DNA of 64,000 nucleotides from NCBI GenBank assembly GCA_964547225.1, contig CAZJMV010000113.1, forward strand, positions 77,220 to 141,219. The letters run 5' to 3'. Position numbers and translations under genes: made by a program. The DNA comes from an uncultured Anaerolineaceae bacterium. GTDB lineage: Bacteria > Chloroflexota > Anaerolineae > Anaerolineales > UBA4823. Below the pieces are notes generated by a model that had not been told where the DNA came from, ran no database searches, and saw nothing but the letters and a program-made list of their open reading frames with translations. Shown piece by piece: positions 50,134-60,136 of this stretch (position 1 is the first letter of the stretch; every line of letters starts with the position of its first letter).

Positions 50134-52572
50134 TTATTGTTTTAACCTGATAATTGTAACGCCATCGCCTCCTTCGTTTCCTTTTCCTCCTTCAAATGAT
50201 TCGATTTGTGAATTGGATGACAATTCAGAACGAACAACACTTCGTAATTTACCTGTACCCTTGCCATGAATAATACGTGCGAATGGTAATCCCGAGAGGA
50301 ATGCAGAATCAATATATGATTCTAATCGTTCTAAGGCTTCATCTGCTCTTAAACCACGTAGATCTAATTCAATGCCAGGTGTAGGTTTCATTTCGAGAAC
50401 TGAAGTAGTTCTTTTAAATGTCCCTTTTTTAATTTGCTTATCTTCGGTTTTCTGATATTGGTTTGTATTTTCAGTCAAACCAATATCATCCTCAGAGAAA
50501 GATAAATCTTTCACCTTGGTTCGAATGCGTAAAATACCAACTTGTACTTCAATCTCATCATCAACAATAGATGTTATGATACCCTTTTTTCCTAAAGATT
50601 TAATCGAGACTTTTGTTCCGATATCTAAAGAACGGCAGTTTTCTGAAAATAAGTAATCCTTTGTGTCTTCAATCAGAACATCTTCATCTACTGGAAAATG
50701 ATCTAGATTGGCTTCGATAAGGTTCACATCTTCTTCGATTTCTGATAATAATTCTAGCGGTTGTCTTGCTCTTTTTAATCTTAAACGAGCTCTTTTAATT
50801 TCCTCTCTTAATTGTTCAAGTTCATTTTCAGCATCTTTTTTTGTTTTTGTGAGAATTTCTAAACGTTCTTTTTCTAATTGATTAAGATGTTTGATTAATT
50901 CGAAGCGCATTTTCTCGATTTCAACTCGCTTAAATTCTGCCTCGTTTCTTGAGATCTTTGCAAGTTCTCTTTGCTCTAATATTTCATCCAACAAATCATC
51001 CACTTTCAATTCATCGGGATTGATATCCGAACGCGCCAAATCAATAATCTCTTTCATCAAACCAAGTCTTTCTGCGATAGCCAAAGCATTAGAACGACCT
51101 GGTAAACCAATAATTAAACGGTAAGTTGGTTTTAGTGTATCGATATCAAATTCTACGCTAGCATTCAAAACACCTTGTTTAGAATGTGCATAAATTTTCA
51201 ACTGTGGATGATGAGTGGTTACAATCGTTGTAATCTCTTCAGAAACAAATTTTTCTAATATTGCTCTAGCCAATGCAGCTCCTTCTTGCGGATCAGTACC
51301 AGCTCCTAATTCATCCAATAAAACCAGCGAACTTTGATTTGCAAGAGAAAAAATACGAATAATATTTTTGATATGACTCGAAAAGGTCGATAATGATTGT
51401 TCAATGGATTGTTCATCCCCAATATCAGCGAATATATTTCTAAAAACACTGATTTCGGAACCTAATTGAGCAGGGATATGTAATCCGGATTGTGCCATAA
51501 GCACTAGTAGTCCAATTGTTTTTAATGTGACCGTCTTTCCACCAGTGTTGGGTCCCGTAATGACTAAGGACAATATTCCCGGAGCTAGTTCAACGTCGAT
51601 GGGAACGACAGTTTTCTGATCTAATAATGGATGCCTAGCTTGTAAAAGCTTAAAGTGAATTTGTTCTTTTTGAGGAACTTGCCTCGTTTCATACAACCGT
51701 GGTTCCTCAGCCATTATTTCTTCAGCATACTTTGCTTTGGCAAACGTGAAATCAAAACGAGCTAAAGTATTCACAACCTGGCATAGTTCTGATGAAAATT
51801 GTCCAATATTAGCTGATAATTCTGCCAAGATTCTTCGAATCTCTTGATCTTCTTCAATATGTAATTCCCGATATTTATTGTTCAGTGATACAACCGAAAC
51901 TGGCTCGATAAAAATCGTGGCGCCAGAAGATGATTGATCATGAATGATCGATTTAATTCTACCCTTATATTCAGATCTCAGCGGTATGACATATCGTCCA
52001 TCTCTTTGTGTGATGATTGGCTCTTGTAAATACTTTGAATTCTTACTATCTCCAATTATCTTTTTCAGCTTTGACAATAATCGCTCGTGATTAATGACTA
52101 AATCCCTACGGATGCCAGATAATTTTATAGATGCGGAATCAAATATTTCTCCATCGTCTGATATAACACTTGAGATTTTAGCAACAACGCCTGTAGGTCC
52201 AGGGATTTCCTTTAAAATGCTAAATAGATTATGGAATTCTTCTTGATGCTTATCGAATCGCCTACATAAATTACGAGCTGCTATCAGTGTATATTTAATA
52301 TCAAGAATTTCACTCGTTTCTAGGATTCCCCCCCTCTCTGCAAGAATAACATTCTTACGAATATCTCTTGCGCCACCGATTGAAAAATCTGGATGCAACC
52401 GTAAAAATCGCTTCGCTTCACTGGTTTCAGACAGATATAAACAAATGTTTTCATAATCTGAGATTGGCTTCAAATCTTGAGCTAACTCAGAAGAAGCAGA
52501 AAATACGCAATACTTTTCTAATTGCCTAAGGACTTTATAATATTCAAGGGTTCCTAAAATTTTTTCATCCAT
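50134..52572 (-). CDS. mutS2: Endonuclease MutS2
   Basis: HDQSSSGAT, TGPNTGGKT, DIGDEQSIEQSLSTFS, DELGAGTDP, Smr IIHGKGTG. Confidence 0.95.
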   Translation of the reverse strand: MDEKILGTLEYYKVLRQLEKYCVFSASSELAQDLKPISDYENICLYLSETSEAKRFLRLHPDFSIGGARDIRKNVILAERGGILETSEILDIKYTLIAARNLCRRFDKHQEEFHNLFSILKEIPGPTGVVAKISSVISDDGEIFDSASIKLSGIRRDLVINHERLLSKLKKIIGDSKNSKYLQEPIITQRDGRYVIPLRSEYKGRIKSIIHDQSSSGATIFIEPVSVVSLNNKYRELHIEEDQEIRRILAELSANIGQFSSELCQVVNTLARFDFTFAKAKYAEEIMAEEPRLYETRQVPQKEQIHFKLLQARHPLLDQKTVVPIDVELAPGILSLVITGPNTGGKTVTLKTIGLLVLMAQSGLHIPAQLGSEISVFRNIFADIGDEQSIEQSLSTFSSHIKNIIRIFSLANQSSLVLLDELGAGTDPQEGAALARAILEKFVSEEITTIVTTHHPQLKIYAHSKQGVLNASVEFDIDTLKPTYRLIIGLPGRSNALAIAERLGLMKEIIDLARSDINPDELKVDDLLDEILEQRELAKISRNEAEFKRVEIEKMRFELIKHLNQLEKERLEILTKTKKDAENELEQLREEIKRARLRLKRARQPLELLSEIEEDVNLIEANLDHFPVDEDVLIEDTKDYLFSENCRSLDIGTKVSIKSLGKKGIITSIVDDEIEVQVGILRIRTKVKDLSFSEDDIGLTENTNQYQKTEDKQIKKGTFKRTTSVLEMKPTPGIELDLRGLRADEALERLESYIDSAFLSGLPFARIIHGKGTGKLRSVVRSELSSNSQIESFEGGKGNEGGDGVTIIRLKQ

Positions 52573-52703
52573 TCAAGTTACCATAAATATGTTTGAGTTT
52601 ACCATATATAAGATCGTTTCATTTTTTTCTATCTAATTATAGTCTCGGATAATTGAAATAATAAGTAAAATAATTGGTAACTATTGTATAAAAATCGATT
52701 TGT

Positions 52704-52741
52704 TTGACCAATTTCGATTATTTCGGTATAATCCGAAATAA
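52704..52741 (+). promoter_or_regulatory. Promoter with palindromic operator flanking its -10
   Basis: TTGACC-N17-TATAAT; TTATTTCGG-[TATAAT]-CCGAAATAA perfect inverted repeat. Confidence 0.8.
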
Positions 52742-52755
52742 CTGGAGATCATAAT

Positions 52756-53328
52756 ATGAGTGAATTTACACCTGTAATGAGGAATTTTATTCTCCATTGG
52801 GGAGAAATGGGATCGTCTTGGGGAATTAATCGAACGGTCGCCCAAATCTATGCTACTTTATATATATCACCTTCACCCTTAACTGCTGAAGAAATTAGTG
52901 ACATCCTTTCTATTGCAAGATCAACCGTTAGTACTGGTCTCCATGAATTACAAAGTTGGGGTGTGATTCGAGTTGTACATGTATTCGGTGACAGAAGAGA
53001 TCATTTTGAAACCATGAGTGATGTATGGGAGATGTACAGGGCAATCTTAAGGGAACGTAAATGCAGAGAAATTGACCCAACTTTAGAGATCCTTAGACAA
53101 AGCATTCAGGATCTCAATAACCAAGAAGAACGTGATGAATATGTTTCAGAAAGACTTTACGAGATGCTAAATATCTTTGAAGTCACTTCTATTGTATTTG
53201 ACCAAGTGGAACAGCTTCCTACAGAAACATTGAAAAAAATGGCGCACATTGGTAAAAGTCTCTCGAAAGTCTTAGAAAGCTTGGTGTATAAAGCGAATAT
53301 TATCGAAAAAATCAATCTAACACAGTAA
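52756..53328 (+). CDS. GbsR/MarR-family winged-helix regulator
   Basis: FILHWGEMGSSWGINRT, ARSTVSTGLHEL, GDRRDHF. Confidence 0.88.
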   Translation: MSEFTPVMRNFILHWGEMGSSWGINRTVAQIYATLYISPSPLTAEEISDILSIARSTVSTGLHELQSWGVIRVVHVFGDRRDHFETMSDVWEMYRAILRERKCREIDPTLEILRQSIQDLNNQEERDEYVSERLYEMLNIFEVTSIVFDQVEQLPTETLKKMAHIGKSLSKVLESLVYKANIIEKINLTQ

Positions 53329-53371
53329 TTCTTCTCAACCTGCTACTTTATTGGTTTCAACCGGAGAAAAT

Positions 53372-54376
53372 ATGCTCACCAAAACTTTACAACTTGATGA
53401 ATCCTTCAAACCAAATGTTTATGAAAACCCTCTCTTTTTGATTCAGGATAAGATCAAATTGGTCGAGTCTAAGATGCGAAATCCACCTCCCGATCAACAA
53501 AAGTGGTTAATTGATGAATCATATCGACTTTTTAATGCTGGGGGTAAACGGATAAGACCAGCAATATCGTTGCTCATTTCAGAAATGCTCTCTAATGATG
53601 TAGAAAAATCAATTTCCCTCGCTGCGGGTATTGAAATGTTGCACACAGCCACACTTGTTCATGATGATATCATTGATAAGGCAGACACTAGACGAGGAAT
53701 TACGACTACCTCCTCAGCTTGGTCAAACGAAGTAGCAATCTTGATGGGAGATTATTTATTTGCCAGAGCAGCCGATTTGGTATCGAAGACTGATAATATT
53801 AGGATCATGCAGCTTTTCGCACAGACTTTAATGATCATTTTAAATGGTGAAATTGCTCAACAAGCTACACGTTGGATAATTGATCGAGAAGAATATTACC
53901 AACGCATTTATGCTAAAACCGCTGCTGTTTTTGTTCTTTCTGCCCAAGCTTCTGCTGTCTTGGGTGGGATATCTTCTGAAAAAGAGCAAAGTTTCATCGA
54001 ATTTGGAAAATCTAGCGGGATGGCGTTTCAAATTATTGATGATATCCTTGATTATACAAGTTCCCCCGATGTTTTAGGAAAGCCTAGTGGAGGAGATCTC
54101 AATCAAGGTTTATTCACACTACCAGCAATTTATTATTTCGAAGATAACCCTGATGATCCAGATCTTCGTTCTCTTTTGAATGGGCATAAAAATAAAGCTG
54201 ATATCGTTGAGCGATTAGTCTACAAAATCAATAAATCAAACGCCATTCAATCTGCTCATCAAGAAGCAAAGGAATTTATAGCGACTGCTCATCAGCAATT
54301 ATCTTCCTTTTCAAGAACAAATTATACACATTCACTATTTACTCTTATTGAATCAATAGCGGATAGGATAAATTAA
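53372..54376 (+). CDS. Polyprenyl diphosphate synthase
   Basis: GGKRIRP, LVHDDIID (FARM), RRG, GDYL, FQIIDD (SARM). Confidence 0.93.
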   Translation: MLTKTLQLDESFKPNVYENPLFLIQDKIKLVESKMRNPPPDQQKWLIDESYRLFNAGGKRIRPAISLLISEMLSNDVEKSISLAAGIEMLHTATLVHDDIIDKADTRRGITTTSSAWSNEVAILMGDYLFARAADLVSKTDNIRIMQLFAQTLMIILNGEIAQQATRWIIDREEYYQRIYAKTAAVFVLSAQASAVLGGISSEKEQSFIEFGKSSGMAFQIIDDILDYTSSPDVLGKPSGGDLNQGLFTLPAIYYFEDNPDDPDLRSLLNGHKNKADIVERLVYKINKSNAIQSAHQEAKEFIATAHQQLSSFSRTNYTHSLFTLIESIADRIN

Positions 54377-54524
54377 TGCACAAGTGATGAAAATCTCTCG
54401 AAACTATTTTAATCACATAACGTAATAAATATTAAAGAAGTTAGTAGTTGGAAGTAGAATTAATAAAAATAACATTTTGTCCATGTTTCGATGTATTATG
54501 TAAGAAGTTAATTAGGAGTAGAAA

Positions 54525-54692
54525 ATGAATGAAGGACCGGTTATAGAACAACCTGAATTTGATCGACACAATCACAAAAATTCAAAATCCGTTACAATTA
54601 TTGCGATTATTGCTACCACAATCGTTATTCTAGCTTGTATAATTTCTTGTTCAGTTTTGACATATACTTTTTTAGTGAATGCACCTTGGTAA
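54525..54692 (+). CDS. 55-aa single-TM protein not in the ORF track (MNEGPVIEQP...FLVNAPW)
   Basis: AGGAG SD 6 nt upstream; hydrophobic TM segment. Confidence 0.7.
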   Translation: MNEGPVIEQPEFDRHNHKNSKSVTIIAIIATTIVILACIISCSVLTYTFLVNAPW

Positions 54693-54769
54693 AAAGTAGA
54701 ATTGCGTGCGATACATTAAAATGATGTAAAATTACTCTAACTGAAAATTATTATCAAATTGCATTTCAA

Positions 54770-56308
54770 ATGAATCGTGCCCTACTTAATCAAAATCACA
54801 TTAATAAAGTATTACCTCTAGATATTCAGACAATAATATCAAAACTAACCGCATGGATGACGATAATATCTCTGTTTATTGCATTGATTTTAATTACAAT
54901 CATATCTAACCAAATCTGTGTACATAAAATTTCTAATCAGAATATTTGGAGCGAAAAACCAATCCTGAGTTATTATGTTCTAACATCAAGCATTATCAAA
55001 GATTTTTCATCAGATCTAGGTTTTTCCAACACTCAGATTCAAATCATCAATCAAATTGCTCATTCGCAGCAAAAAGAATTAATTTTATACCAAAATTGGT
55101 CTAATCATGTCTCTAGCGATTCAGACCTTTCTCTAGAGCAAAAGAAATCCTTTTTTCTTGAAATGGGATACAACCAGGAAGTATTAAGTATTATCAATTC
55201 TAATAATCAACAACTGAAATCATTACTTAACAACTCCGATTATGAAAAGCTAGTTAGTTGGGGAAGCACACGCTGGAATATTGAACAAGAAATTCATGGT
55301 GTAATCTCACAAAATCAATTTCCTCGTGAATATCGGATTTATGCTGGAGTCTATGATTCACGAGGCGCTTATTACGTAGCTCTACCCGATATTTGTGTAA
55401 AAACTTCCAATCAGAATGATCCTTCCTGCGACCAATATGGTTATGTCGCTGGTGAAAACTATGATGTGTATGTTAGCTATCAAGGTCAAGGTGTGGCAGT
55501 AAGAGTAGGTGATGTGGGTCCGTGGAATAATGACGATAATTATTGGGCAACAGAATTTGACCCTACGCCTCGTCGCATGTTCACAGAACTTCCTGTTGGA
55601 ATGCCAGAAGCTCAAGCAGCTTACTTCGATAACTATAATGATGGAAATGATCAATATGGTAGAAAAGTCATTTTCCCGACTGGTATTGAAGTCTCAAAGG
55701 ATGTGGCGAAAGATATTGGTTTAGCTGAAGATTCTTTTGATTGGATTAGAGTTGCTTATCTGTGGACGGATGACTGGGAAGAACCAATCATAGAAACTCC
55801 TGAGGACGCAACCAAGCATGCAGACATCATTTTAACTTCGACTGAACAACCTAATGGGTCAATCTCTCATATTGTAGAACCAGGAGACAGTCCACTTGGT
55901 ATTGCAGAAGCATATGGGTTAAGTGTTGAAGAACTTCTTGTTATTAATAAACTCACCGCTCAAGATGTTTTGCAACCGGGATACGAAATAATCATAAAAC
56001 CACCAGATCGTACTGCTATTCCAAGCTGGAAATTAACAGCTACACTTCAGACTCAAACCAGTGATAAAGAATTAGCAACACCCACATTTACCGTGGATAA
56101 TTCAAAGGCATTTTCAATAACCGAATCCGAAGCCAATAAGGTAACTCCTTCACCCGCATCTGAATTAGACCAAGAAAATTTGGATAACGAATCATTATTG
56201 GAAGTAATATTTTCTATGCAAAATATTTGGTATTTTCTCGTTGCGTTATTTTTGCTTTTTGGAATCGCTTTGGTGATTATTGGTAATCACTTGAACAATC
56301 GAAATTAA
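54770..56308 (+). CDS. Membrane-anchored LysM protein with putative RlpA-like double-psi-barrel domain
   Basis: VGDVGPWNNDDNYW...GIEV segment, LysM HIVEPGDSPLGIAEAYGLSVEEL, N- and C-terminal TMs. Confidence 0.7.
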   Translation: MNRALLNQNHINKVLPLDIQTIISKLTAWMTIISLFIALILITIISNQICVHKISNQNIWSEKPILSYYVLTSSIIKDFSSDLGFSNTQIQIINQIAHSQQKELILYQNWSNHVSSDSDLSLEQKKSFFLEMGYNQEVLSIINSNNQQLKSLLNNSDYEKLVSWGSTRWNIEQEIHGVISQNQFPREYRIYAGVYDSRGAYYVALPDICVKTSNQNDPSCDQYGYVAGENYDVYVSYQGQGVAVRVGDVGPWNNDDNYWATEFDPTPRRMFTELPVGMPEAQAAYFDNYNDGNDQYGRKVIFPTGIEVSKDVAKDIGLAEDSFDWIRVAYLWTDDWEEPIIETPEDATKHADIILTSTEQPNGSISHIVEPGDSPLGIAEAYGLSVEELLVINKLTAQDVLQPGYEIIIKPPDRTAIPSWKLTATLQTQTSDKELATPTFTVDNSKAFSITESEANKVTPSPASELDQENLDNESLLEVIFSMQNIWYFLVALFLLFGIALVIIGNHLNNRN

Positions 56309-56332
56309 TTCGGGGATATTTATTTGGGTATA

Positions 56333-56367
56333 AAAAAACAGCGCCAATTCATGTGGCGCTGTTTTTT
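56333..56367. terminator. Bidirectional terminator
   Basis: AAAAAACAGCGCCA-N7-TGGCGCTGTTTTTT. Confidence 0.85.
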
Positions 56368-56380
56368 AATTGAGTTAATT

Positions 56381-57526
56381 TTACTCATGAAAGGTTATTA
56401 CAACAGTCATCCCCCATTTTATTCGAGGATCAACATTATTAAGTAGTATACGAGCTGTGTAAGTGATATCGCCTCGTTTCTCTTCAAAAATATTATCGAT
56501 TTTCTCTACGATTCCAGTCATCTCAACATCTGGTAAAGCATCTGCAACAACAGTCACATCCTGACCATTGGATATATCAACAACTTCAATTTCAGTGAGA
56601 TCATCTGTCTCCGCATAGATTTTTGAGTAATCTGCAATTATCATCATTGGTTGCCCTGCTTGCACAAGTTGACCAATAATTAAATCTTGTTTCACTACGA
56701 TTCCATCAATGGTAGATTCCAAGTCTAAATGATCAAGTGCGGCTTTTGCAGATTCCACCGATGCTTCAGCAGCAGTGATACGTGCCTGCAGTGCATCAAT
56801 ATCGTCTTGGTTTGGACCTTCCTTTACTTTTTCATATTCATTTTTAGCATTTTGTAAGTTCGCTTCAGCATTTTCTAAATTTGTTTCATATTCCAAACGT
56901 TTGACAGCTGTATTCAAGTTTGATTGAGCATCATCTAAATCCTCTTTCAAATCCTCACGCGTCGAATCACCAGATGGATAATATTTATAGGGTTCAAATG
57001 CTACCCGTGCTTCGTCTAATTTTTTTCTTGTAACGATAATGCCTTCGGTTGCAGTGTATTTAATTTGATCTTGAGGGACTGTAAAATTATCTACAGTGTA
57101 CTGAGCATCTCGTAATACTTTTTCGGCTTCAGCAATATTTCTTAAAGCATTGGCTCTTAATATCTCAGCGTTATCATATAAATCCTGTAGAGCCTGTTGT
57201 GCAGAAAGTAATTCCGCTTCTGCTGCTGCAATCCCAGCTTCAATTTCTTCTCGATTTCCTAGACTCGCAACAATATCACCTTTTTTTACACTCTCTCCCT
57301 CTTCAACATATACAACTTCAACTTGTCCATTAGTGAAAAAAGATAATTGTGCGGTTTCATTGGGAACGATTCTACCCTCAGACACAATCTCAATATCTGA
57401 AATAACTATTGGTATCTCTGTTGATTCTCCAGCAGGGGTTTGCTCAGGATTTATTGAACTACAGGCAACCAATAGAATACTAAAAACTAACAATAGAATT
57501 GATAATTGATACCATTTTAATTTCAT
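56381..57526 (-). CDS. HlyD/membrane-fusion adaptor lipoprotein
   Basis: LLVAC lipobox, lipoyl-like halves VEEGESVKKGD and STIDGIV around a coiled coil; AGGAG SD. Confidence 0.88.
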   Translation of the reverse strand: MKLKWYQLSILLLVFSILLVACSSINPEQTPAGESTEIPIVISDIEIVSEGRIVPNETAQLSFFTNGQVEVVYVEEGESVKKGDIVASLGNREEIEAGIAAAEAELLSAQQALQDLYDNAEILRANALRNIAEAEKVLRDAQYTVDNFTVPQDQIKYTATEGIIVTRKKLDEARVAFEPYKYYPSGDSTREDLKEDLDDAQSNLNTAVKRLEYETNLENAEANLQNAKNEYEKVKEGPNQDDIDALQARITAAEASVESAKAALDHLDLESTIDGIVVKQDLIIGQLVQAGQPMMIIADYSKIYAETDDLTEIEVVDISNGQDVTVVADALPDVEMTGIVEKIDNIFEEKRGDITYTARILLNNVDPRIKWGMTVVITFHE

Positions 57527-57679
57527 GAATTCTCTCCTATATCTCAATGTCTTGCTAATTATACTTTATCTTTAGGAAAGTAATAACATATCAATTCATA
57601 AGATTAATTAAATACATTCTACTTTATCCTTTTAATTATCTATTATTAATATCAATATCGCAGTTGGTCGAAATTTCTC

Positions 57680-58291
57680 ATGTATAATCTGACAGAAAAT
57701 AGATATTGCAAAAAAATAGGTGAAAGATTGAATTTTCTTAGAAAACGATTACCAGAGAATAAAAAAATATTTCTTTTCTTTTCAGCTTGTGTTTTTCCAA
57801 TTCACCTATGGGCTATTATTCAATTCTTACGTGATATACCAAGTTATATTTTATGGTTAGATTGGTTCGAGATTTTTAGTGTATTTTCCTATACTCAAGC
57901 CATGGCTCTTTTTGAAAGCACGCTAACATTTTTAGTTTTTTTATTAATTGCCTTGATATTCCCTCATAAACTGCTCTTGGATCACTTCCCTTCACAGATT
58001 TCCTTATTGTTTTTTCTTACTGTGATATTAATCATCATTTATCATAGCTTTGGGACTTTATTCCTGGTAGAAGGTATGAATATAATAACCATCTTATTAA
58101 TACTTTTGGGATATTTTTTTATTATTTTTCTACCCTATGTAATAAAACTAGATCTTAAAAGATTTGATACTCTATTAATTGGACTATTAGAAAATTTAAC
58201 TGTACTATCTTCTTTATATCTAATCATCTCGATAATATGTTGTACTTTTATTATTTTCAGAATTATTGTTACTCAAATAAACTGGTTGTAA
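57680..58291 (+). CDS. Hypothetical membrane protein, about 5 TM
   Basis: Five hydrophobic segments; 3-nt gap to next gene. Confidence 0.7.
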   Translation: MYNLTENRYCKKIGERLNFLRKRLPENKKIFLFFSACVFPIHLWAIIQFLRDIPSYILWLDWFEIFSVFSYTQAMALFESTLTFLVFLLIALIFPHKLLLDHFPSQISLLFFLTVILIIIYHSFGTLFLVEGMNIITILLILLGYFFIIFLPYVIKLDLKRFDTLLIGLLENLTVLSSLYLIISIICCTFIIFRIIVTQINWL

Positions 58292-58294
58292 AAA

Positions 58295-59827
58295 ATGCAG
58301 CGACGTGACTTCTTAAAAATAACAGCGCTTTCATCATTATTATTTCTAGAGAGCAAAATCCATTCTTCTGATTTTTTAGGTATTTCAAATAAAGGAAATC
58401 CGAATATTCTAATTCTAGTATTTGATGCTTTTAGTGCACGTCATCTAACTTTAGCTAACTATGCACGTGACACCACACCCAATTTGACCCGACTTTCTCA
58501 AAAGGCAACCGTTTTTCATAATCATCATGCAGCTGGTAATTATACGACCCCAGGAACATCTTCGCTTTTGACAGGCGTTTATCCTTGGAAACATAGAGCT
58601 TTACATATTCGTGGAAAAACAACGCCATTTTATGAAGATCACAATTTGTTCAGTTTATTTCCTAAAGATTATAAAAAGTTCGCCTATACGCAAAACCCGC
58701 TTGCTTATTCCATTTTGTTTCAATTTCATAACCATATCGATCATCTTGTTAAAATCCCCGAATTAGCGGTTTATGCAGATTCAATTTCGCAATCCATTCT
58801 GAATCCAGATTTTTTTATTGCCAATGAAGCGGAATTGATCGCGATAAAGAGTGAACACAGTCCCCCCTCATCTCTATTTCTTTCGATCTTTGATACTGAA
58901 TTACGTAAGTTTTTTACAAATAGAATTTACAATTCCTTTTCAGGTGATTACCCAAGAGGAATAACAAGCTGTCAAATGGGAGTTCCTCACTCGCCTTGTT
59001 TCTTTTTACAGGACGCAATTGATTGGCTTCAAAAAACGCTTAACACAAATCAACAACCTTTTTTCGGTTATGTGCATTTGATGCCTCCTCATGCTCCTTA
59101 TAATCCTCCATATCCATACGTTTCCCATTTTGATGACGATTGGAAACCGAATAAGAAACCCGAGCATATTTTCAGTCTCGGAAAAGAACAAACCAATCTG
59201 AACAGAAAACGACGTTTTTATGATCAATATATCGAATTCCTTGATTCTGAAATTAACCGGCTTTTTAATTACTTGGAAGATAGTAACTTATTAGATAATA
59301 CCTACATATTTATTACTTCTGATCATGGAGAAATGTTTGAAAGAGGGATCATCGATCATCTAACACCGACGCTTTTTGAACCTGTAATTCATATTCCATT
59401 GTTCATATTTCAACCTGGTCAAAAACAAAGAGTTGATTTCTATCATCATACAAGCGCTGTCGATATCCTACCAACGATCCTTGATATCGTAGGCAATTCT
59501 ACAATTATGAATTGTGAAGGAGTGACCCTTCCACTCTCCGAACAAGAGAATTTTATTCGTGATCGAAATATTTACGCTGTAGAGGCGAAGCAAAATGCAA
59601 AGAATAAACCTCTCACCAAAGCATCTTTTGCTATGATAAAAGGAGACTATAAATTGACCTTATATAGGGGTTATCCTGAAACGAATGGTTCAGATTTATT
59701 TGAATTATACAATCTTGCAGATGATCCGGAGGAAATTAAAAATATATATAACCCTCAAGATCAAGCAATTTCAAAAAAACTTATTGATGAGTTGTTGGCT
59801 AATGTAGAGGCGAACAACACTATTTAA
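58295..59827 (+). CDS. Sulfatase/alkaline-phosphatase-fold hydrolase or transferase with Tat-type N-terminus and Thr nucleophile
   Basis: RRDFLK, LILVFD, YTTPGTSSLLTG, HLMPPHAPY, SDHGE, ELYNLADDPEE. Confidence 0.85.
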   Translation: MQRRDFLKITALSSLLFLESKIHSSDFLGISNKGNPNILILVFDAFSARHLTLANYARDTTPNLTRLSQKATVFHNHHAAGNYTTPGTSSLLTGVYPWKHRALHIRGKTTPFYEDHNLFSLFPKDYKKFAYTQNPLAYSILFQFHNHIDHLVKIPELAVYADSISQSILNPDFFIANEAELIAIKSEHSPPSSLFLSIFDTELRKFFTNRIYNSFSGDYPRGITSCQMGVPHSPCFFLQDAIDWLQKTLNTNQQPFFGYVHLMPPHAPYNPPYPYVSHFDDDWKPNKKPEHIFSLGKEQTNLNRKRRFYDQYIEFLDSEINRLFNYLEDSNLLDNTYIFITSDHGEMFERGIIDHLTPTLFEPVIHIPLFIFQPGQKQRVDFYHHTSAVDILPTILDIVGNSTIMNCEGVTLPLSEQENFIRDRNIYAVEAKQNAKNKPLTKASFAMIKGDYKLTLYRGYPETNGSDLFELYNLADDPEEIKNIYNPQDQAISKKLIDELLANVEANNTI

Positions 59828-59871
59828 TACTATCCCGAATTATCCTGTGATTGGCTGGTTTAAAGGTTTCG

Positions 59872-59909
59872 AAAAAAAAGAGCTTGCTGGAAAGGTTGTA
59901 GCAAGCCCT
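59872..59909 (-). terminator. Intrinsic terminator of the peptide operon
   Basis: Minus strand AGGGCTTGCT-N11-AGCAAGCTCT followed by a T run, just after the stop at 59925. Confidence 0.8.
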
Positions 59910-59924
59910 TATTTCCCTAAATGT

Positions 59925-60122
59925 TTATATCTTTACACACTCTTGGCATTTAGGTTGAAATAGGTTAGATCCTTCTGTCTTTCCTTCACAAGATGAACAT
60001 AACCAATTCCCAGACCTAATTCCACTACGTATAATAAAACCAACTGATTTTTGGTCTTTCATTACATTATTTTGCGCTTGATTTCTAAGGTTAATACCCT
60101 GAAGTTCTTTATTTTGTCGCAT
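59925..60122 (-). CDS. 65-aa Cys-rich peptide B (leader-like IRSGIRSG; WLCSSC...KCQEC)
   Basis: AAGGAG SD overlapping the upstream stop; homologous to the neighbouring peptide. Confidence 0.8.
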   Translation of the reverse strand: MRQNKELQGINLRNQAQNNVMKDQKSVGFIIRSGIRSGNWLCSSCEGKTEGSNLFQPKCQECVKI

Positions 60123-60136
60123 AATTGCTCACTCCT

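Noticed and set aside
58295-59827. Calling this a true arylsulfatase
   Set aside because: It lacks the C/S-x-P-x-R formylglycine motif
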